Below are positions 59,708 through 64,000 of a DNA stretch of 64,000 nucleotides, piece by piece. Position 1 is the stretch's first letter, and every line of letters begins with the position of its first letter. This stretch comes from Fonticula alba ATCC 38817 (Eukaryota; Protista; Nucleariida). Where the stretch lies: NCBI GenBank assembly GCA_000388065.2, contig KB932203.1; one strand, written 5' to 3'. The notes below the pieces were generated by a model. It saw only the letters and a list, made by a program, of their open reading frames with translations. It was not told the DNA's origin and ran no database searches. Position numbers and translations under genes: made by a program.

Positions 59708-61479
59708 ATGAATGGACTCAGGCATGCGACAGCGCCGATCTCCACGCGGGCGTTCACTGCCAGCCTGGCGGCCGCGCTGTCCTGGCAACATGGCGATGGT
59801 CTACGGCCGGGCCGGCGGCCCGTGTTTGGTGCGCCTTCCCGGCGCTCTTCGCCTTTCCGCCTGCTTTCTTCAGGNNNNNNNNNNNNNNNNNNNNNNNNNN
59901 NNNNNNNNNNNNNNNNNNNNNNNNNNNNNNNNNNNNNNNNNNNNCCCGAGAGCCTCCCTCCGGCGCACCTGGCGTCTGCTGACAAGCGCACACACATGCG
60001 CATAACCTCGATGTACGCTCGGTCGCATGGTCCACACGCACACGGGGCATGTGTGGAATATGTTAGCCCTTGCGGTGTCCGGAGGCGCTGACTCCCTGGC
60101 CCTTGCGATCCTGGCGCGCGACGCAGGGCTGGACGTGGTCGGCCTGAGCGTGGACCACACGCTACGCGGGGCCACCAGTGCGCGCGAGGCACGCCATGTT
60201 GCCCGGTGGTTTCAGTCGGCCGGTGCGTGTGCCGCTGCTCCCTGCCTCCCCCTCCGTCCTATCGCCGCCCCTTTTTTTTTTCCGGCGGCCCCCCGCAGAT
60301 GGCTGATTCTTGGGTCTCGCTCGCTCCCCCCTCGCCCTCACCTCAGGACTCCAGCATATGACCCTTACGGCGGACTGGCAGGGCACCCCGCTCGAGGAAG
60401 TCACCCAGGAGTTGGCCCGACGCAAGCGGTACTCCCTCCTGTCCAGTGCGTCTGCCGACTGGGCAACTCGCCTCCCTTCCTGAATATCGCCCCTCTCTCT
60501 CTCTCCCCCCCCCCCAGACTGACCTTTCTGGGCTGGTCTGCCAGGCGCCTGTCTTGCTCTCGGCATCCGGTACATCCTCACCGGGCACCATGCCGACGAT
60601 CAGGCCGAGACCATCTCCATCCGCCAGGAAACGTGCGCCTGTCCACCTTCCCGCCGACCGAACGATCCCCGCACAGCATCACTGACTGCCTGGCTGCCGG
60701 CGATCAGGCACGCCACCCAGCACGGCCTGGCTGGCATGTTTGCGCTGGCCCCGCTGCCGATGTTGCCATCGGTGGCCCCAGCGCCGGAGATTCCCCTCAC
60801 GCCGGGTGGCCCTCCGGGCGAGTGCCCCAAGCGGCTTGCCCGCCTGCTCCGGGAGCTGCGCCTGGTCCGGCCGATGCTGCCCTTCACGAAGGCCGAGTGC
60901 GAGGCCACCTGCCTGGCGGCCGACGTCCCATGGGCCATTGATCCCTCCAACTACAACCCGGCGTACCATCGGGTCCGCGTGCGTGAAGCCCTCGCCGAGG
61001 GGCCTGCCCGTCGTCCGGAGCATGGGCCCGGAGCCGGGATCCATCTTGTCGGCCGCGGCGATGGCCGGCCCCTGTCCCACTCGGATCCCGGCCAGCGAGC
61101 CGAGCTGCTGGCCATGGCTGCCGAGCACCAGGCCTGGCGTCTGGCTTCCGAGCGCCAGGCCACCGGCTTTCTCCGGTCTCATGCCATCCTTTGCGACCCA
61201 GCGGCCGAGGGGGCCGCCCTGTCGCCGGTGGGGCTGCTGCTTCCGACTGCGCGCCAGCCTGCCGGGGCCGTCGCACCGGCGGACACCGTCATGCCGGGCG
61301 CCATGCCGCCCGAGGGCACCCAAGCGGCCGATGCCCTGCTGCATGTCTTCCGGTGGTTTAACAGCGGCTCGCACCCGCCGAAGCAGGCGGCCATCCGGGT
61401 TGCTGCTCGTCGTCTGTGCTCCAGCGATAGATCCGGTATGTGGCCTGTTGACACGCGCCTGCCTCCCCCCGCCCGGTTC

Positions 61480-61527
<48 letters not shown>

Positions 61528-62305
61528 TGGGCGAGGGAGGGGGGGGGGGGATGCTTTCTTGTTTGTCCCTTCTTCCTCCACATGCAGGTCCTTCGCACGC
61601 GGTGCAGCCGCCTGACCGTGCCATCCTCTGCACAGCCTTCTCCCTTGGCCGGGTGAATTTCCTCCCGGCGACCATCGCCCGTCCGGATGGGGCTGCGCAC
61701 CACGCCTGGCTCCTGTTCCCGGCCGGATTGGTGAATACGCACATTGCCGGGAACCTGGCGCTCATGATGGGGGCCTCCCCAAACTCGGCCCCCCCGGCCA
61801 TTGGGACCATCGTCGGTCTGAGCCAACGCCTCCTCCGGTACCCCCTGCGGCACACGCCCGGCTTGACCCAGCCCCCGGTCCTCGGCCGGGCAGTTCTCTG
61901 GGGCCCGGGCCAATATGTCCACACCTCGCTCGGGTCCCCAGCCTGCTGTGCACCCGACTGGGCGGGGCTCCAGGCTGCACTGGCCTCGCTCGATGGCCAT
62001 GCCCCCCCGGAGGAGATTGCCCTCCTGGCCGGGGCCATTGACAGCTACCGGCGCTTTTGCGAGATGCCCCCCGAGGAGGGTGCGCGGCCTGTCCCTGCCG
62101 GATGCCCCCCTGCCCCCCCCCCTCTCTCTCTCTCTCTGCCTCTCGTCGCATCCTGCCCCACCTGACCCCAGTATGCTTCCCCGCTCGTCCTCCCCCCCCC
62201 CCCCCGTTGTCTCCTCACTCCGGATCCCGATCCAGTCTGCTGGAATACCTCAACATCGCCGATTATGCCCTGGGCCGTCGCTTGCCCTGTTCCAGCGCCA
62301 CTTCG
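59708..62305 (+). CDS. tilS: tRNA(Ile)-lysidine synthetase (TilS/MesJ family, probably organellar); multi-exon, 3' end probably in gap 62306-63046
   Basis: Intron 59829-60066 joins MNGLRHATAPISTRAFTASL...PVF to ALAVSGGADSLALA (PP-loop). Further motifs are VDHTLR, ELARRKRYSLL, ILTGHHADDQAET, HGLAGM, LVRPMLPFTK and WAIDPSNYNPAYHRVRVR. Confidence 0.92.
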
Positions 62306-63125
62306 NNNNNNNNNNNNNNNNNNNNNNNNNNNNNNNNNNNNNNNNNNNNNNNNNNNNNNNNNNNNNNNNNNNNNNNNNNNNNNNNNNNNNNNNNNNNNNN
62401 NNNNNNNNNNNNNNNNNNNNNNNNNNNNNNNNNNNNNNNNNNNNNNNNNNNNNNNNNNNNNNNNNNNNNNNNNNNNNNNNNNNNNNNNNNNNNNNNNNNN
62501 NNNNNNNNNNNNNNNNNNNNNNNNNNNNNNNNNNNNNNNNNNNNNNNNNNNNNNNNNNNNNNNNNNNNNNNNNNNNNNNNNNNNNNNNNNNNNNNNNNNN
62601 NNNNNNNNNNNNNNNNNNNNNNNNNNNNNNNNNNNNNNNNNNNNNNNNNNNNNNNNNNNNNNNNNNNNNNNNNNNNNNNNNNNNNNNNNNNNNNNNNNNN
62701 NNNNNNNNNNNNNNNNNNNNNNNNNNNNNNNNNNNNNNNNNNNNNNNNNNNNNNNNNNNNNNNNNNNNNNNNNNNNNNNNNNNNNNNNNNNNNNNNNNNN
62801 NNNNNNNNNNNNNNNNNNNNNNNNNNNNNNNNNNNNNNNNNNNNNNNNNNNNNNNNNNNNNNNNNNNNNNNNNNNNNNNNNNNNNNNNNNNNNNNNNNNN
62901 NNNNNNNNNNNNNNNNNNNNNNNNNNNNNNNNNNNNNNNNNNNNNNNNNNNNNNNNNNNNNNNNNNNNNNNNNNNNNNNNNNNNNNNNNNNNNNNNNNNN
63001 NNNNNNNNNNNNNNNNNNNNNNNNNNNNNNNNNNNNNNNNNNNNNNGGGGGGGGGGGGGGGGGGGGGGGGGGGAAAGCCGGCCGGGCACAGCAGGGGAAA
63101 CAAGAGACAATGGCCATGGTGCTGG

Positions 63126-64000
63126 TCACTCGAAAATCGGCCAGACAGACCAGCTGTCATCGACGAAGTTCAGCTCGACCGAAGAGTCGCCACGAGCCAC
63201 CAGCAGCTCCGCCAGGCCGGGCATGTGACTGCTCGTCCACAGGCAAAGGGCCACCTTGCGCCAGGATTTGTTGTTGTCCAGGCGCGAGGCGGTGAAGGAC
63301 CGCCCACGGCCGAGGGTCTGCGGTGTGGCCGCCGTGGCCGACACCCGGGCCATGGTATCCAGCTTGCAGGGGTAGTTCGGCAGGTCCAGCCGGAACTGCG
63401 CCCCCTGCGGCGACACCGTCGTCAAGGGGTGGAGCTTGGCCACCCGGTTGAAGTAGGAGACCACCGCCGCGTCCAGTTGTGCCTCCAGGGCATATGGCCG
63501 GATGAGGCGCACCGCCGGCGTGGTGTCCGTCAGCCCGGACAGGGTGAAGGCCACCTTGGGATTCCCAGTGCCGGAGATGGCCAGCGGTGCGCGGAGGTCC
63601 TTCTTCTTGAAGTACGGCTTCTCGAAGGCCTCGACTGCATGTGTGTGTGTGTGTGAGTGAGTGTGCGAGCCTGTGTGTGTGTGTGTGAAGCTGCAAGTCG
63701 CGAGCGGCGGAGGTGCGGGGCTAGGGGGAGGAGCGACACAGGAGGCCCGCAGCCCGGCGTACCACGAAGGATCCCCTGCTTGATGTCGGTCAGGGAGAAC
63801 TGGCCGAACATCTTTTGCGGCCCGGCCTGGTCGCCCACCAGGATCGAGTAGTCCACCAGGAAGCGGCGCCGAGCGATGGAGAACATCCGACCAGGGGGGC
63901 GCTGCATGGAGGGAGGAGGGCACAAGGCGCATGTCAGTGACTGGGTGAGGACGACCGGCCACCGGGCGGCAAAAGCACGAGGCGATGGGCACACAAAGGC
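63126..64000 (-). CDS. 3' part of a multi-exon gene of unknown function; exons 63901..63763 and 63634..63126, extending beyond the window
   Basis: Phase-consistent splice (GTACGC donor at 63762, CAG acceptor at 63635) gives RPPGRMFSIARRRFLVDYSILVGDQ...GILRVEAFEKPYFKKKDLRAPL...SVWPIFE then stop. Complex, globular-looking composition; no family recognised. Confidence 0.75.
   Translation of the reverse strand, partial: LCVPIASCFCRPVAGRPHPVTDMRLVPSSLHAAPPWSDVLHRSAPLPGGLLDPGGRPGRAAKDVRPVLPDRHQAGDPSWYAGLRASCVAPPPSPAPPPLATCSFTHTHTGSHTHSHTHTHAVEAFEKPYFKKKDLRAPLAISGTGNPKVAFTLSGLTDTTPAVRLIRPYALEAQLDAAVVSYFNRVAKLHPLTTVSPQGAQFRLDLPNYPCKLDTMARVSATAATPQTLGRGRSFTASRLDNNKSWRKVALCLWTSSHMPGLAELLVARGDSSVELNFVDDSWSVWPIFE

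Noticed and set aside
59688-59711. 7-codon uORF (MAPLRPG) overlapping the TilS start
   Set aside because: The transcription start is unknown, and such short ORFs are expected by chance.
63820-63860. LVDYSILVG resembling the PIP-kinase MDYSLLVG motif
   Set aside because: The following IIDxL motif and other kinase features are absent; a single short match is not enough.

Overview
Eukaryotic, very GC-rich, intron-containing draft genomic DNA with seven N gaps (9639-9743, 15866-16740, 22672-22686, 38118-38350, 39499-39603, 59875-59943, 62306-63046). The fungal-type transcription factors, nuclear TilS and GTGCGT/GTACGT donors with CTRAC/CTCAC branch sites suggest a holomycotan protist such as Fonticula; this is an unverified inference. 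By manual splicing I can support about 11 protein-coding loci. In order: a Zn2Cys6 plus PAS transcription factor; an intronless degenerate metallophosphoesterase-fold protein; a giant two-finger Msn2/Ste12-like C2H2 factor (two ORF-track ORFs that splice into one gene); mitochondrial Kae1/TsaD (Qri7-like); ubiquitin-eL40; an intronless aberrant glutamine synthetase II; a TBC Rab-GAP; a huge low-complexity protein followed by, and possibly fused to, a helical module resembling the TPR tail of soluble-adenylyl-cyclase/STAND proteins; an N-myristoylation-motif kelch/coiled-coil protein; TilS; and a partial unknown gene. No rRNA, tRNA, CRISPR array or recognisable transposon was seen. Most of the ORF track is antisense or out-of-frame shadow caused by high GC. 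The most notable items are the glutamine synthetase lacking the NxRRLTG glutamate-binding segment, the cyclase-less sAC-type TPR module, the prokaryote-like pseudo-phosphoesterase and a ubiquitin with His at position 64. All homology calls are from remembered motifs, not database searches.
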